A stretch of DNA of 64,000 bases, from assembly GCF_009914755.1 (NCBI RefSeq), contig NC_060925.1. One strand, 5' to 3'. The translations under genes were made by a program, and so were the position numbers. The stretch's first letter is position 1, and each line of letters begins with the position of its first letter. Of this stretch, positions 27,521-43,585 are shown in pieces. Origin of the DNA: the human T2T-CHM13v2.0 reference genome, Homo sapiens. The notes beneath the pieces are model-generated. The model saw only the letters and a program-made list of their open reading frames with translations, did no database searches and was not told where the DNA came from.

Positions 27521-30132
27521 CTCTCCGTTCTCACATAGGGGGACTCCAAATGTCGTCAAACCTGCCACTCTCGGAATCAACAGCTGCTTTCATTTTGAGC
27601 CCTGTGAGCAAAAGTTTCAGGGCTTTCCTGGCACACATACCCAGTGCATGGAGAGCGCTAAATTTTATCTTCCCTTCTAGAGTGGGACATTCCTGTGTGG
27701 AGCTCCGAGAATACATGCCGGCACTGCCTGTGCCTGGGGCTGTGCTGGCTCCCACCCAGCTGCAGGAATGAGGGACCACGGTACGGAGGGAAGTGGCTGA
27801 GTTGACAGCCACTGATAGAGCTTTTTCCTGATTGTCTCTGGCTTGAGCTAACCAGGTGGCATGACAAAGTACTTAACAAAAACTACAGATGCAGAGAATT
27901 TTGGAAATTTTTAAAAGACAGGAAAAAAGGTGGTTGAGGCAGAAAAAGGTAGTTCTAGAGTGAGAGGGGTTTCTTTCCTCCTCTTGGCTCACAGCAGAGG
28001 CCAAGTCCTTAGCAGTGTTTCCAGAGCAGGTGAATGAGACTCTCTGAAGGCCGGCCCAGGGGTCTGCCTTGTAACACGTTCCCCCAGCTTCTCATGTACA
28101 CCACCACTCTTCGGGGACCACCACCTTCTGGGTTGGATGGGTCTGGAAGATTCTACGAATATATCCAGCCCTACCTGAGCATTTGCAGAAAGCCTGCTCT
28201 GTGAGGGAGGGCAGCCCCAAAGCTCTCTGTTGTAGACACAGAACCCAACAGGGACTACTGGTGCCACACTCTATCTCTTCTGTCAGAGAAGCACCCAAGT
28301 GAGCCATGACTTTGACATTGCATGGCCATCTTATGTTCATTCCTCAAACTTTGTCATGTTAATGTGTACTCTCTCGGGGACATCATACCTAACACGGCTG
28401 CCTGAAGATCTGCTTCGTTTAGAATATGCTAGTGAGGACAGTCCTGGAATTTCTTTGTCTCTTTCCAGCCCTGCTTTCTCTACCTCCAGTCGTTTTCTGA
28501 GGACCGGCTTGGTGGGTGCTGATGCCTGCCTGGAAGACCTCACACCCACAGTGTCTTAGAAGATTCTGAAAGCAGTGTGAGGTACCAGCCTGCTTTAGCG
28601 CTAGGAGCTGGCATGGTGGGGGTCTCAGGCTGCATCCGCACATTCTCAGCGGTGCTTTTGCTCCTGGAATGGAGCCACAAGCTGCTCTGGGCCATTTAGA
28701 GACTCTAAGTGGTTTGCTCAGGGCTATATGGAAGTGGGAGGTGGGGGACCTGGGCGCTCTGTAGCATGCTTAGTCCCCCTGGCAGGGTTAGAGGTTAGTT
28801 GACCAGAGACAACGAGTCCAATTCCCAAACAGACCAGAATGACCAGCAAAGGAGAAAAGAACAAGGACGCATTGCAGCCAAAATGGAGCTAGAATCTTGC
28901 CTCTGTCCATCCTTCACTGGAGTTATCCTGGATGGAGAAGGAACCATATCACCTGCAAAGCCTGGAAGGGGAGCCCTGCTGTGAGGTGAGCCAGTAAGTC
29001 TGTGAGTTCAGGAGGGAGCACACGCTTGTCTGTCCATCTGTTCATGAGCAGGCGCTCTTGAGTCTTCCTAAATATTGCCCAGAGCTCTCCATCCAGATAC
29101 TGTCCTTTCCCTTCCTCTCCATTGATGGTCTCCAAGCCTTTCTTAGCTTTCATCTTCCCCTAAGGATTCCTTCTCCCAAAGCTCCAGCCCATTCCAATGT
29201 CAACTGCATTCGTTGTTTTTGTTACTCTCATTGTGTCAAATGGGTTCTTTCCTATGCAACTAGATTGTAGGTTGCTCCAAGGTAAACACCGTGATTTCTA
29301 GTTCCTTTGTTTCTACCACTGCAGGACTGTAGGAAGCCCAGTTGTAGGCATCACTAGGACTCAGTAATTACATAATTGCTCAGATAATTGAGAGAATGAT
29401 TGATTGATTAGTGGTCATTAATGCCATAAAATGAAGGAATTTCGCCCCTCACATTTTCAAGAACCTATGAGTTTGAAGAGACCTGAAAGAACATTTTTAT
29501 GGGAGCCTACACCAGTGCTATCACCTAAAGTGCGTGACCTTAGGGAAGTTGCTTCACCCCTTGTTTCTGTGCCTCCAAAATACTGGTGTTAATACAGTAA
29601 TTTCTGATTCCTTCCACCTGTGCCCTGCTCAGCGATCCAGTGTTCAAGCTGGTCATCAGGAGAAAGCTACTTATGATTTCCTAACAAGCCACCACAGAAC
29701 ATCACATTCCCAAACATGCTCTTCACCGTCCCTGCTGTCCCCACGTGCCTAGCCCTGGTGTGGGCAGGAATGAGTGGGATTGGGATGTTTTCTCACAGGT
29801 CTTTCTCAGGTGAGGCCCCAGGCTGTGACCAGGCCCCTGCCCTGCATGTGACTCAGGCCTAGCCCCTGCTGGGGCAGGAATGCCACCCAGCACAGCATCC
29901 TACTGGTGCCTGAATAAAGAATGGACTGGAGGTTCACCTGAAAGGGGCTGCCAGGTTTCTGCGGGGGCCAGCCAACGGCTCACAATGACCCTGTGTTCGA
30001 CTCATCTTACGATGAAATTTTTCAGCTTGACGAACTTTTACTCATCTTTCAAGGCTCGGCTCAAATGTTATTTCCCTGGGAAAACTGCGCTACTTTCAGC
30101 AAAATGCATTTCCTTTTGATGGGCATCTGTTT

Positions 30133-30239
30133 TTTTCTTTCTTTCTTTCTTTCTTTTTTTTTTTTTTTTTGAGACAGGGTCTTGCTCTCTTGTCCAGGCT
30201 GGAGTGCAGTGGTGCAATCTTGGCTCACTGAACCTTCAC
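30133..30239 (-). mobile_element. Severely 5'-truncated Alu with intact TSD
   Basis: T tract plus about 70 bp of the Alu 3' end, flanked by atgggcatctgttt at 30119-30132 and 30241-30254. Confidence 0.88.
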
Positions 30240-30297
30240 AATGGGCATCTGTTTCTGTTCTATGGAGTGACCTAAAAGTCAAGAATCATGGAGAAAT

Positions 30298-30611
<314 letters not shown>

Positions 30612-30747
30612 TCATGGGGAGAATTTATTGTTAAACAGAATATTAGTTACATTTTCAAATAATACAGTCAATATGTTTTTCTGTAACCTTTAGATATGTT
30701 TTCAGGTGAAGTACCTCTAAATGTAAAGAAATGGGTCCAATTGTTAA

Positions 30748-31164
<417 letters not shown>

Positions 31165-31574
31165 TGAAATGGTGTGTGAAGGTTGAAGAAAAACATGAGC
31201 ATATTATTTGAAAATGTGGCTAAAGTTCTGTTTTAAAGTAAGTTTATGGTAATATTTCTAACTTTTCAGATGCTCTGTAGTTCTTGGCACATTTTTCACT
31301 AATATTTGGTGACAGGTCTGTCCCCGTTAAAAATTGAGAATTCCACAAAGCCTGGGATATGTTTTATTCTTCTTTGACTCTTCACTCCCCAGCTAACCAC
31401 CATGCAGTGGGCAATCATAAGGGTTTAATGAATGAATAAATGATCAAGTCAGGTAGGTTTTCCCCGAATTCTTGTCTTTGGGGCTGAACCCAGGGTAGGT
31501 TTCCTGGCATCATTCCTGTGTTTTCTACTCTCCCTCCCTAATCCTCTGAAAGTTTGAACAAAAATAAGATTATG

Positions 31575-31880
31575 GGCCAGGTGTGGTGGCTCACGCCTGT
31601 AATCCCAGCACTTTGGGAGGCTGAGGTGGGAGGATGGCTTGAGCCCAGGGGTTTGAGACTAGCCTGGGCAACATGGCGAAATCCCGTCTCTACAAAAAAT
31701 AGAAAAATTATCTGGGTGTGGTGGTGCGCACCTGTAGTCCCAGCTACTCGGGAAGCTGAGGTGGGAGGATCACCTGAGCCCGAGGAGGTCCAGGCTGCAG
31801 TGAACCAAGATCACATCACTACACTCCAGCCTGAGTGACAGAGTGAGACCCTGTCTCAAAAAATAAAAATAAAAAAAAAG
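31575..31880 (+). mobile_element. AluJ
   Basis: Full dimer; TSD aaataagattatg. Confidence 0.9.
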
Positions 31881-32044
31881 AAATAAGATTATGACCAAGA
31901 GCCGTATGTCTCAGATGTTGAAGGGCAATATACCTGTGCTTCAGAAAAATCTGCCCTGTGTGCCAAAATGTGCAGAAAGGAGAGCCAGCTTCTCAGCTGG
32001 CCCCATGCCCCACTACTAACTACTCCCACGGCCTCGGCGAGTTA

Positions 32045-32268
32045 TTTCTTCTTTTTTTAAAAATTATACTTTAAGTTCTAGATGTGAACAACGTGCAGGT
32101 TTGTTACATAGGTATACATGTGCCATGTTGGTTTGCTGCACCTATCAAGTCGTCATTTACATTAGATATTCTCCTAATGCTATCCCTCCTCCAGCCCCCT
32201 GATCCCCCGACAGGCCCTGGTGTGTGATGTTCCCCGCCCTGTGTCCATGTGTTCTCATTGTTCAACTC
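32045..32268 (-). mobile_element. L1PA 3' end, 5'-truncated (about 220 bp)
   Basis: ttatactttaagttct...acaacgtgcaggtttgttacata...ctcattgttcaactc; TSD ctcgg(c/g)gagttat on both sides. Confidence 0.92.
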
Positions 32269-33022
32269 TCGGGGAGTTATCTCTGAGTTACTCCTGAGTC
32301 TGGGCTGGGAGACACCAGGGGGACAGGGCACACACATTTGCAAGTTTCCTATTCAGGCCATGCTGTCCAGGCAGCCAGAATGAAGCCCAGCCAGAGCCAA
32401 AAGGCTTTCCTGGAGGTGTGTTTGTCAGTTTGGCAACCCTTGGTGTGCCCAGCCCACGCGCTGTGAGCATTCGCCTATGACGTACTTTGCGTGGATCAAA
32501 GGCCCCACAAAGCCTGCCGTGCCTGCAGCTGCCACGCTGGGGACATGCTGGGGACGTGGGCGATCGTGGGCTGAGAGGCAGACTGCTGGGCTGCCGCCTC
32601 CCATGGCAGCTTTCTCCCATGGGAGGGAGTTCACCTTGCGGCTTCCAAACTCAGCCGGGCCGCCCCTAGGCATGTCACCTCTTCTCTTTTTCTCTCTGTT
32701 GTCCCATGATTTGGGTCCTCAGGACCTCTCACCTGGACCCAGGGATAAATGAGATCCACTATCAGAGCCAATGGCAGCATCGGCAGCACTCTAGAGCTAT
32801 TTCTACTTGATTCTAAACCTAGATTTATACTATGTGTAGCCAGCTAGAAATACAGATCTCACTGTAGAAAAGAGACTGGAAGAAATTACAGCAACTGTTA
32901 GCAGTGGTTTCATCTCTGGTTTGTGAAATTATGGGTGATTTAAATTTTCTTTATGCTTTCCCTTATTTTCCAAGTTCCATAGTGTATAAGAATATGTAAT
33001 TTTGAAATAAGAGAAAATAGTC

Positions 33023-33386
<364 letters not shown>

Positions 33387-36300
33387 TCAATGAATATCTA
33401 AATCACTCCGCATTCTTCAGGCACACAGCAGCAGGAGGGAGGTGTGCCTGATAGGATGCTGGATTAAAGATTGGTTCTGACCAATTCACAGAGTATAGGA
33501 TGCCCACAGGAGGAAAGCTGAATATTTAGCATGGTGTAAGTCTCATGGGACTTGGCCACTGTCACAGGCTAACTGATGCCCAACCTGCATGGAGCCCAGG
33601 CCCTCTCCCCACCTGGCTCCCTTCAAGCTTAGGAGGCTCCTCATCCCACTCAGGGTTTAAGATTCTCCTTTGATATTCTAGGACATGGACCAAGTTGGGA
33701 TTTAGGGTTGCTCTTGGGTTACCAGCCAGCATCCCTGAAGCCCCTCCCAAAATGTCACTGGGGCCCTGTGACCATAGAAGAGGCCTCTGTGGGCCACACA
33801 GTGAGTCCAGCGATGAAGCCAGACCAGTGTGGTTTAGGGAACAGGCCGCAGCAATGGGCAGGAACTCTGGCAAAGCTGTGCCTCCTATGGCTCTCCTCGA
33901 CACAGAAGTCACAACCCAGGTTGGGGACCTAGGCGTCTCTGCATGTGCCTGTGTAGGAGCCTGTGTGTGTAAACAAGTGTATCTACATACACGAGAACCC
34001 AAGGGAGAGAGCTGCACAGGGGGCCTGCCCTGGTCTAAGCCAGAAAAGGAGGAGAACTGTTCCTTTTGGGGGCCGATCCCTGCTGGGAGAGGTGTGCCAG
34101 GGTTCCCGCCGCTGGGCCATTTCCCCCACCTGAGTTCTCTCTACAATGTCCAAAGAATGGGACCAGTAAAAGGGGGCCAGGGCAATTCTCCCACCCCCTG
34201 GAAAAGTCTGCCCTCCCTCCCTGCAGGCCTGAAGCCCTTCCGGCCCTCATCCTCCCCTTCTCCTGTGTCATCCTGTCTTCAGACTGATACACTCCTTCCC
34301 TCTGGTTTTCCTCTCAGTTGTCTCTTCCTTGCATTTCCCTCCTTAATTCCCTCCCACCAGCCTTATTTTTTTCTCCATCATCTGTGCTTGCTCTTCCATC
34401 TTTACTCTTGATAGCCTCATTGCCTGTCTCCTCAGATAGCCTTGGGTGCCAGGTTACCTGGCATCCCTGGCCCTAAGAATTTGGGGACTGCTTCTTTTGC
34501 TTGATCCAGCTCTCTCTGGAGGATGGGCAGTCGCCGGGCCATCCCAGGAACCCTTCCTGGGTTCTGTTTGTGGCTTTTCTGCGTTGCCACTGAGCATGGG
34601 TTGCTCTCGGCTGGTTAGCATAGGAGGTCACACTATCTGTTCTGGTGCAGGAATTGTCCAGGGAATTACAGTCAAGGCTGCAATGTGACCTATGGCCTGG
34701 GGCCAGCAAGCCTTTCTTAGTCTCCAGGCAGGCCAGGTACAGACAGCAAACTCAGAAACCCACGATTACATTGGCTGTCCTTTATATTAGCACACCAGGA
34801 TGCACCCAATTAGCAGTGCTCATTCCTGCCTCCCTTCTGACTTCAAATACCTAAAGCCCCTCATATCTGGAAGCAGAGACCTGAAAAAGTCATCATTTCT
34901 TTTTTTAAAAGGAGAAAGGGAGAGGGAGGCTAACACACATACACTTATTCACAAAAAATAAAAGATGGTTTCATGGAGTTAGTCTGCTGGGATATTTAGA
35001 ATCTAGGTTTGTAACTTGCATCTCCTTTCTCTTGATCCTACATTTCAGCCTCCAATTTAGTGGGAACTTGAACTGAACTGTGCTAATTTATTACTTGGAC
35101 ACCAAAGAGTTATTATTTTGTGGAGGAAAATCAACTTTGAACATTCAAGAAAAAAGACCCCATTGTAATGATTGGTTAGAATTTGATCTGGATCTACATA
35201 GATTCATTTTCTAAAACTATTCAATTAAGGATAATGTCAACCTATTGCCTGAATTTAAATCAGCGATTCATTTGGCTAATGAATTTTCCTTTTTCTGTGA
35301 GTACCATGTCCTACGAATTTACAGGGGATGGTCAGAGAAATGGTGACAAAGAAAAGGAGGTTTGTTTGTTTTTAATGTTTTGTTTGCTGACTTAAAAAGC
35401 ACACAGCCCTGGAAATGGCCTTCTCATTACTCGAGACAATAAAACATCCCAGAAATCCTGACACTGGCTAATAAGACACATGCCTTTAATGACAGCCTCA
35501 AAAAGAAGCCCCTACGGTGGAAAGTGTTGTGTGTTTGATTGCGCTAGTTTTACCATGGAATGTGCCAGTTGTGGCTGGAAGTAATTGTCTTTTCAGTGGA
35601 CAACAATAAAACTGTTTTTAAGTTCTCTTCCTTAGTAAAGCCTAATTTATAAATGGAAATAAGAAGTTTCTAATTTCCCCCAAGCAGATGCCACTCTCCT
35701 TGAACTAAAATCACCTTGGGATTGCAGTGGAGTCCAGCATGAAGATGCGGTTTTCCTGCGTTTCCAACTCAGGCTGATTGAAGGCAGCTTATTTGTTTCC
35801 CCAAACACTTGGCTCCAAACACAGAGGGCTCCCTGCTGAGTGATGGGTTCCTAAAAACCTGTTTTTCTTCAGGGGAAGATGGGTTTAGTTCCAGTTCTGA
35901 ACATCTCTAGGGGTTGCTTCCTCCAAGAACGGCTCAGAAATAGTCCCCTAAGGAAACTCCATGGGGAGAAGCTTCCCTCAAACTCAGGACTGGCTGCTTT
36001 CTGCTTTGGACAAGGATGCTGGCTCCCAAAACAGGGGCCCAAATAACTTGAATTCTCAAAAGCTATTTTTATCTTTCTCAGCCCCCACTCCTATTCTAAA
36101 AGTAGAAAGCTGGGGAAACAGGGTGAGTAGAAGAAGAGGGGTACAAAAAGGATCTACAGAGAATTTTGCCTGTAGTTTTTCTAGCTCTGAAATGCCTGGG
36201 GACAGAAGATGACAACACTAACTTGAAACTTCAATTGTCTCTGTTTTAAAGGCAGACACTTTTAATTAGACAAAAGCAAAGGGAAAGAAGAATAGAAGTA

Positions 36301-36764
36301 CAGTTACCGAAAAGGCCCCAAGATCGCACTATTTATCTGCAGTGTGTGCTCTGTAAAAAACAAAAACAAAAACAAAAAACAAATAACAACAAAAAAAAAC
36401 TGCAGCAACTTTTAGAGAGCCACATAGTATTATTCCAGCTCTTTCTTCCCCTCTGTCTCCATTTTACGTTTATTTCCTTTTTATTGGTTTCACTATCTCT
36501 TGCTTTTTCTCTTCTCCCTCCAATACTCAATCTTCCTGTCCATATATTTATTTCTTTCCTTCCTTCCCCACCTCCTTTCTTCTCCTTCAGAGACCTATCC
36601 AGACAGAGAATCATGTGTTTACAAGCCTCATACACAGAGTTGTTGGAGAAGGCGCCAGCCCCCTCCCCACCACCCTGCTAGGCCAACCTGCCTCCAGTGG
36701 CCAGTCCCTTATAAACTGGAGATCAGTGAGATAGAAAGTCACTCATAGATGCCTTCCACCTTCC

Positions 36765-37084
<320 letters not shown>

Positions 37085-38242
37085 CCTTTCTTTCTTCTTC
37101 ACCTGTAGTGTTGCTCTAGTTTCTTGTAGCTCAGCAACTGGGCAGTGAAAGAATTGGTTTCCCTGAATTATTTGGGGGAATTTATTTATTTCACAGCAGC
37201 AGGAATTATTTATCTAGCCTAGGCTGCCAGACACTTCTGAGCATCTAGTCATTTGGAGGTCATTGATGACTGGCCATGCCCCCTCCATATTTCTCTGGCT
37301 ACAGTTAAAGCAGTTCTTTGAGCAGTCAGCTGGGTGATATTAACTCACTATCTTTTTCCTCTGCTAATTTGAGTGTTCAGATGATGCATGGCCAGGCACA
37401 TGCACACACTCCTGACAGCAATTGCCAGGGAATATTGCTTTTCTGGACTTTGACACCAGCTCCAACTTTGAGAGGAATTTAAGTGATATTTACTGCATAG
37501 AAATTCCTCTTTGGAGCTTTGCTCTTCTGGTTCAGTCTGCTGACAACACGTTAGATTTATTCTGGCATCAACTAGCTGCAGAGCCCAAGACTCAGACTTA
37601 ATTAACTTCATCAGGGATTTGAGTTGCAACTTTGGAGTTCGAGGCTCAGCACAGATCTCAGTATTACTACCAATCACAGCACTTAGAAGTACCTAAAATC
37701 AAACAAATGCACAAACAGAAGAATTCCTCCCCCTTGCACAGTTTTCTGACTATTTGCCAATTAACTCTGATAGCCTTTAGAAAAAAAATCAGTTTGTACT
37801 GATCCAAGCTGCTAGATGTTCTGTGTATTAAATGTAAGTCCATTTTAATACTGTACCACATTCGTCTTTTTTTTTTTAAATATTAGAATTTAGAACTAAT
37901 GTTGTTGGGGAAATTTCCATTTTGAGATAAGCTACAGGATAATTATTGCCTTGTCCTGCTTTTTATCCCCAATTTTTCCCCTCAGTTTTAAGAGTCACCT
38001 GAATATTGGAAATAAAATTTAATCCAGTTTCATTTATGAGGAAAAACGTGTGTATGTGTGTATATACATATGGATAGGTACCTATGCAAATGTATTTTCA
38101 TATGCACATATATACATACGTGTGTGTAATGAATGCCATGCAGCAATTTCAGTTTTCAAGAGCGAGGCCTGTGGAAAGTCAAGTGAGTAAAGACCAGGCA
38201 ATGTGAGCCCAACAGGCTGGAGCCCCTTGATTAGTTAGTTAA

Positions 38243-38591
<349 letters not shown>

Positions 38592-40458
38592 CCTTTATCC
38601 TTTTCAGTCCCAGACCTGAACCAGGAGGCAACGGAAGATTTATTACAGATGCTCATTGCGGTGCACTTTTAAAATTTATCGTGGACTCCAAGCTTGTTAA
38701 CAAAGATTTGCCATTCGCTCCTGGCTAATTTCAAGGTTAACATAATCTGCTTTTCTGCGGCCCTTCATGCAAACGCAGAGTCACCCTGACTCATGAAACC
38801 ATGCCTTGCTTTCCCACCTGAAAACTCTCATTTTCCATTTGGAACGTTCCAAGGACACAAATTCCAAAGGGGATTTTCTGTTCAACAGATAATTCTGTTG
38901 GATTGGATTATTACTACTTTCCAGCCTGCTTCTTTGCCTCGGTGACTCAGAAGATGAGCACTTTGCAGTTAAATAGAAAGCGCTGAACTGTTTACGTTCC
39001 CTCCCCAGGACACTAGGGCAGGTTGGTGCAGAGCACAGCCCTAAGCGTTGGGGGCTGGCTGTTAAGAGCAGCCTCTCCTTGGGCTGCTGGCTTTCAGTCA
39101 TCATTTTGGACAGTTCTGAGCTTCTGCTTTATTATCGGATTTATTTGTCTGTCTGCACATCCCCTGTCATGCTCTCCCCAGCCTCCTAACCCACCCACAT
39201 GAACCCCAGCACAGTTTGCTCGTATCCCAGTGACCTAGGGCCTCCGTCTGGTCGGTTTAATAATGGTATGGTACTTCTGTGGGCTATTTCCCATCATGGA
39301 CACTTTCTCATTCCAGACATTTGGTAACAAATAGAAGCATGAGAGGCGTATTACATGCCAGAGTTCTCCAATCCCCTTAGCCAATTCATAATTGACTTTT
39401 AAATCATTTAGGCGCAAAAGCAAATAATAATAGCTTCAGTGTTCAGTGGCGAATAAATTCTAGCTCATGAAAACTGAGGGAGAAGGCTTAGACAGTAAAA
39501 ATTAAATATTTATGAAGATACTACGCTCACACCGACATATAAATGCACATACACATACATTTTAGGCATAGCTATTTATTTTTAATTCTTTATGTGATAC
39601 CCAATGAGAAAAGATTTCCAGTAAAAAAAAAATGAGGGGAAGATTTATTGCCTCCAAATTAATATAAGAAAACGTCCCTGTAATAGCTGTCCTCCTCCCC
39701 CAGTAAAAGGAAAGAAAAAAGATACACAAATATTGAATTGACAAAATTATCTTTTCTCTATTGTGAGAAAGGCAAGTTAATACCCATAAAGAACTTCGCA
39801 CTCCCTCAGTTGAAGGATGCTCTATAAATACAAAGCATCGTTATAATTTATTATTGAACAGAGTCAATTTTTTCTTCTGAATCATTTTTCAAACCTCTCA
39901 TAGCTCAGGCCTCTCTGATGGGAGCTCTGACATGAAGCCAAAACACCTCTTCCAGACACAGAGAGACCATCAATCAGTTTAATTCGAAGACTCCTCAAAG
40001 TGAGCCTCCTGGTAGCCCAGCAGGAACTGTTTTAGAGTCTTCTTCCTTCAGTTACAGTCAGTGACTTGCATAGAGAGCTCAGGTCACCTGGCTCATCTCA
40101 GGCACTCACCAGACACCTGGGAAGGGCTGGTATTTCTACCCTTGATACTTTGCTCCCAGTAAAGGGAAATCAAGGCTGAGAACCCTCACTTTTCTTTACC
40201 CACCTTTGTTCTTAGCCCTGCCTTCTGCTAAATTGTAACCAACAAATCCACAGTGGCTAAAATTCCCAGTCATGCAGTCGCTCCTAGACTGAGATGCTCC
40301 ACCCGGCTGATTTGTTGTGAATTAAGGGAACCAAAAAATAAAGTGCTCTCTTTCCTTCCAAGCAGGGAAAGGAAGCTACATTCCCAAACATAGAGAAGAG
40401 CAAACTGCAATAAAAAAAAAAAAAACAGGAGTTCCTACCACTAAAAAATACGTGATCT

Positions 40459-40700
40459 GTTTTGCTTTGTTTTGTCTTTTTCCTGGAGTGCAGTGGCACA
40501 ATCTCAGCTCTCTGCAACCTCCACCTCCTGGGTTCAAGTGATTCTCATGCCTCAGCCACCCGAGTAGCTAGCACTACAGGTGTGTGCCACAGTGCCCGGC
40601 TAATTTTTGTATTTTTAGTAGAGACAGGGTTTCACCATGTTGGCCAGGCTGGTCTTGAACTCCTGACCTCAAGTGATCTGCCCCCCCTCAGCCTCCCAAA
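40459..40700 (-). mobile_element. AluS, partial
   Basis: Reverse Alu with deletions at both ends. Confidence 0.85.
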
Positions 40701-41357
40701 AAGTGCAGCCTCCCAAAGTTTGGCAAGAAGCATTTATACATTTGTGGGACTGAGTCCATTTAAATCGTCCAAATGTCCAGATCCAAACCATGGGCCCACA
40801 GAGCTAAGGAGTTGTCTTGGAAGATGGAGACGTATTTGATTTTCAGTTGTAAGATCCAGTTAAACAAGGGAATTCACTGGAGAAGGAAATCGAGTCTTTC
40901 CCTGTCCTCTGGCATTGGATTACTTCCCAGTATGCTTAAGTGGTTCTTGTTGATGTTGGGACACTTAACTACACTCATTAAGACAGTCACGGGCATTGAC
41001 TCTGCATTTTTTAATCTGACATTTTCTGTTTTCCAAGCGATTTTATTTTCAAGAACAATGCAGATCTCCCCTCCTCACCCCTTTTTTTTTCTTCCAATAA
41101 TTAGGCCTGAAAGCAGAGTGAGAGATAAAGGAAAGTGTTCAAGCAAATGATCTGAGGTTCTAGAATAAATATGTCCTAGTCATTACAGAGCTGTTTGAAA
41201 GCCTGTGATTGGCCTCCTATGGTCACTGGGGCACAGCCTCCTTGGATGGCATCTCTGCCTCTCCTAGATGTCTTGGAGAGAATCAAGACTCAGGCCTTGG
41301 ACCTCTTCTCTAATCTTACACACTTCTTTTGTGATTTCATCTATTCATTCTCGGTAC

Positions 41358-41668
<311 letters not shown>

Positions 41669-42257
41669 TTTCTCAGTACTTTAAAATATCATCCGTATAC
41701 TGTTGACCCCACCATTTAGATCTACAGCCCCAGTTCTCTCCTGAAATCCAGACTTGAACATCCATTCAATATCTAACGGACAACTCAGCTCTACTTGTCC
41801 TAAGCAGAACTCCTTATTTCTCCCCCAGCAAACCTGCCTTTTCCAGGGTCATTGGGTAACATGAGGAAGAATTTGATTTCTCAATCCAAAACTGGGGGAA
41901 ATATTTTTTTTATTTCCTATATGACTTTTGGGCTTACAGAAGTAAAAATGTTAATTGTAAAAAAAAAAAAAAAGAAAAAGAAACAAGGAAAATACAGAAA
42001 AGCGTGGAAAAGAAAATAAAAATTAGCCAAAAACCAACCACTCAAACATAATCTTTAACATTTTGCTATATTTTCTTCTAATGTTTTTTTCTACTGCTTT
42101 CCTTTTTTTCAAAATTAGGATCATATGTTAGGGTTTGTGTTTGTTTGATTTTTCTTAGTATTACCTATTTTTTGACTATTTTGAGGTATTGCTATGTATA
42201 ATAATTTACTCAGCTATGCCCTTATTGTTAGAAATGCAGGTTATCGTTGATTTTTAG

Positions 42258-42622
<365 letters not shown>

Positions 42623-43067
42623 TGATTATTTCTTCAGAATAAATTAAGACACATGGAAACATGTACCCTAAAAGACAAATATATTTTTCTGGAAAGTAAC
42701 TCACCCTTAAATTTAAAGAAAATTGGCTCTATCTTTCTGGAAAGTAATTCAGCTCTAAATTTTCTGGGCTATTTAAACTTAGGGCTGACTTACTTTCCAG
42801 AAAGACAAAACCAATTTACATTCAGCAGTTTTTGAGAGACTCTAATTCATTGTGTTCTCACCACACTGGGTATTATCATTAAACAGACACACAGCAAACA
42901 AAACAACTCAACCTACCCAGTAAGCAAAAATAGTCTAATTTTAAAATTTGCATTTTTTTGAATAGTAGCAATGTTGAACATTTTTTTCATGTGTTTTCTT
43001 CACCCTGTGTATTTCCTATTTTATGAATTGTGTGGTGATGACTTTTGCTTATATTTTGTTTATGTGT

Positions 43068-43585
43068 TTTAGAGATGGGGGTCTCATTCTGTCTCTCACG
43101 CTGGAGTCCAGTGGTATGTTCCTAGCTCACTGCAGCCTTGAACTCCTGGGCTCAAACGATCTTCCAGCCTCAGCCTCCAGGGTAGCTGGAGCTACAGGCA
43201 TGAGCCACTACACTCGGCTTTATTTTTCTTTTGATGTACCCTCTTACAAAGTGATTTCTTTTTTTTTTCTTTCTGTTTCTTTCTTTTTTTTTTTTTTTTT
43301 TTGAGACTGAGTCTTGCTCTGTCACCCAGTCTGAAGTGCAGTAGTGCGATCTCGGCTCACTGCAACTTCTGCCTCCTGGATTCAAGCAATTCTCCTGCCT
43401 CAGCCTCCTGAGTAGCTGGGACTACAGGTGACCACCACCACACCCAACTAATTTTTTGTATTTTTAGTAGAGATGGGGTTTCATCAAGTTGGCCAGGCTG
43501 GTCTCAAACTCCTGACCTCAGGTGATCCACTCGCCTCAGCCTCCGAAAGTGCTAGGATTACAGGCATGAGCCACTGTGTCCAGCC
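43068..43585 (-). mobile_element. Alu monomer (43068-43218) followed by AluS (43258-43585)
   Basis: Two reverse Alu-family elements. Confidence 0.88.

Noticed and set aside
26042-27771. Many overlapping 100-195 aa ORFs
   Set aside because: Expected from stop-codon scarcity in a CpG island; Pro/Arg/Gly/Ala-rich with no recognisable domain.
27989-28643. Possible processed pseudogene
   Set aside because: I could not match any frame to a known protein and saw no poly(A) tail with TSD; a tblastn search would settle it.
33562-34411. 238-aa and 151-aa ORFs
   Set aside because: The longer one starts at a non-ATG codon, has no recognisable homology, and its hydrophobic tail comes from a CT-rich low-complexity tract.
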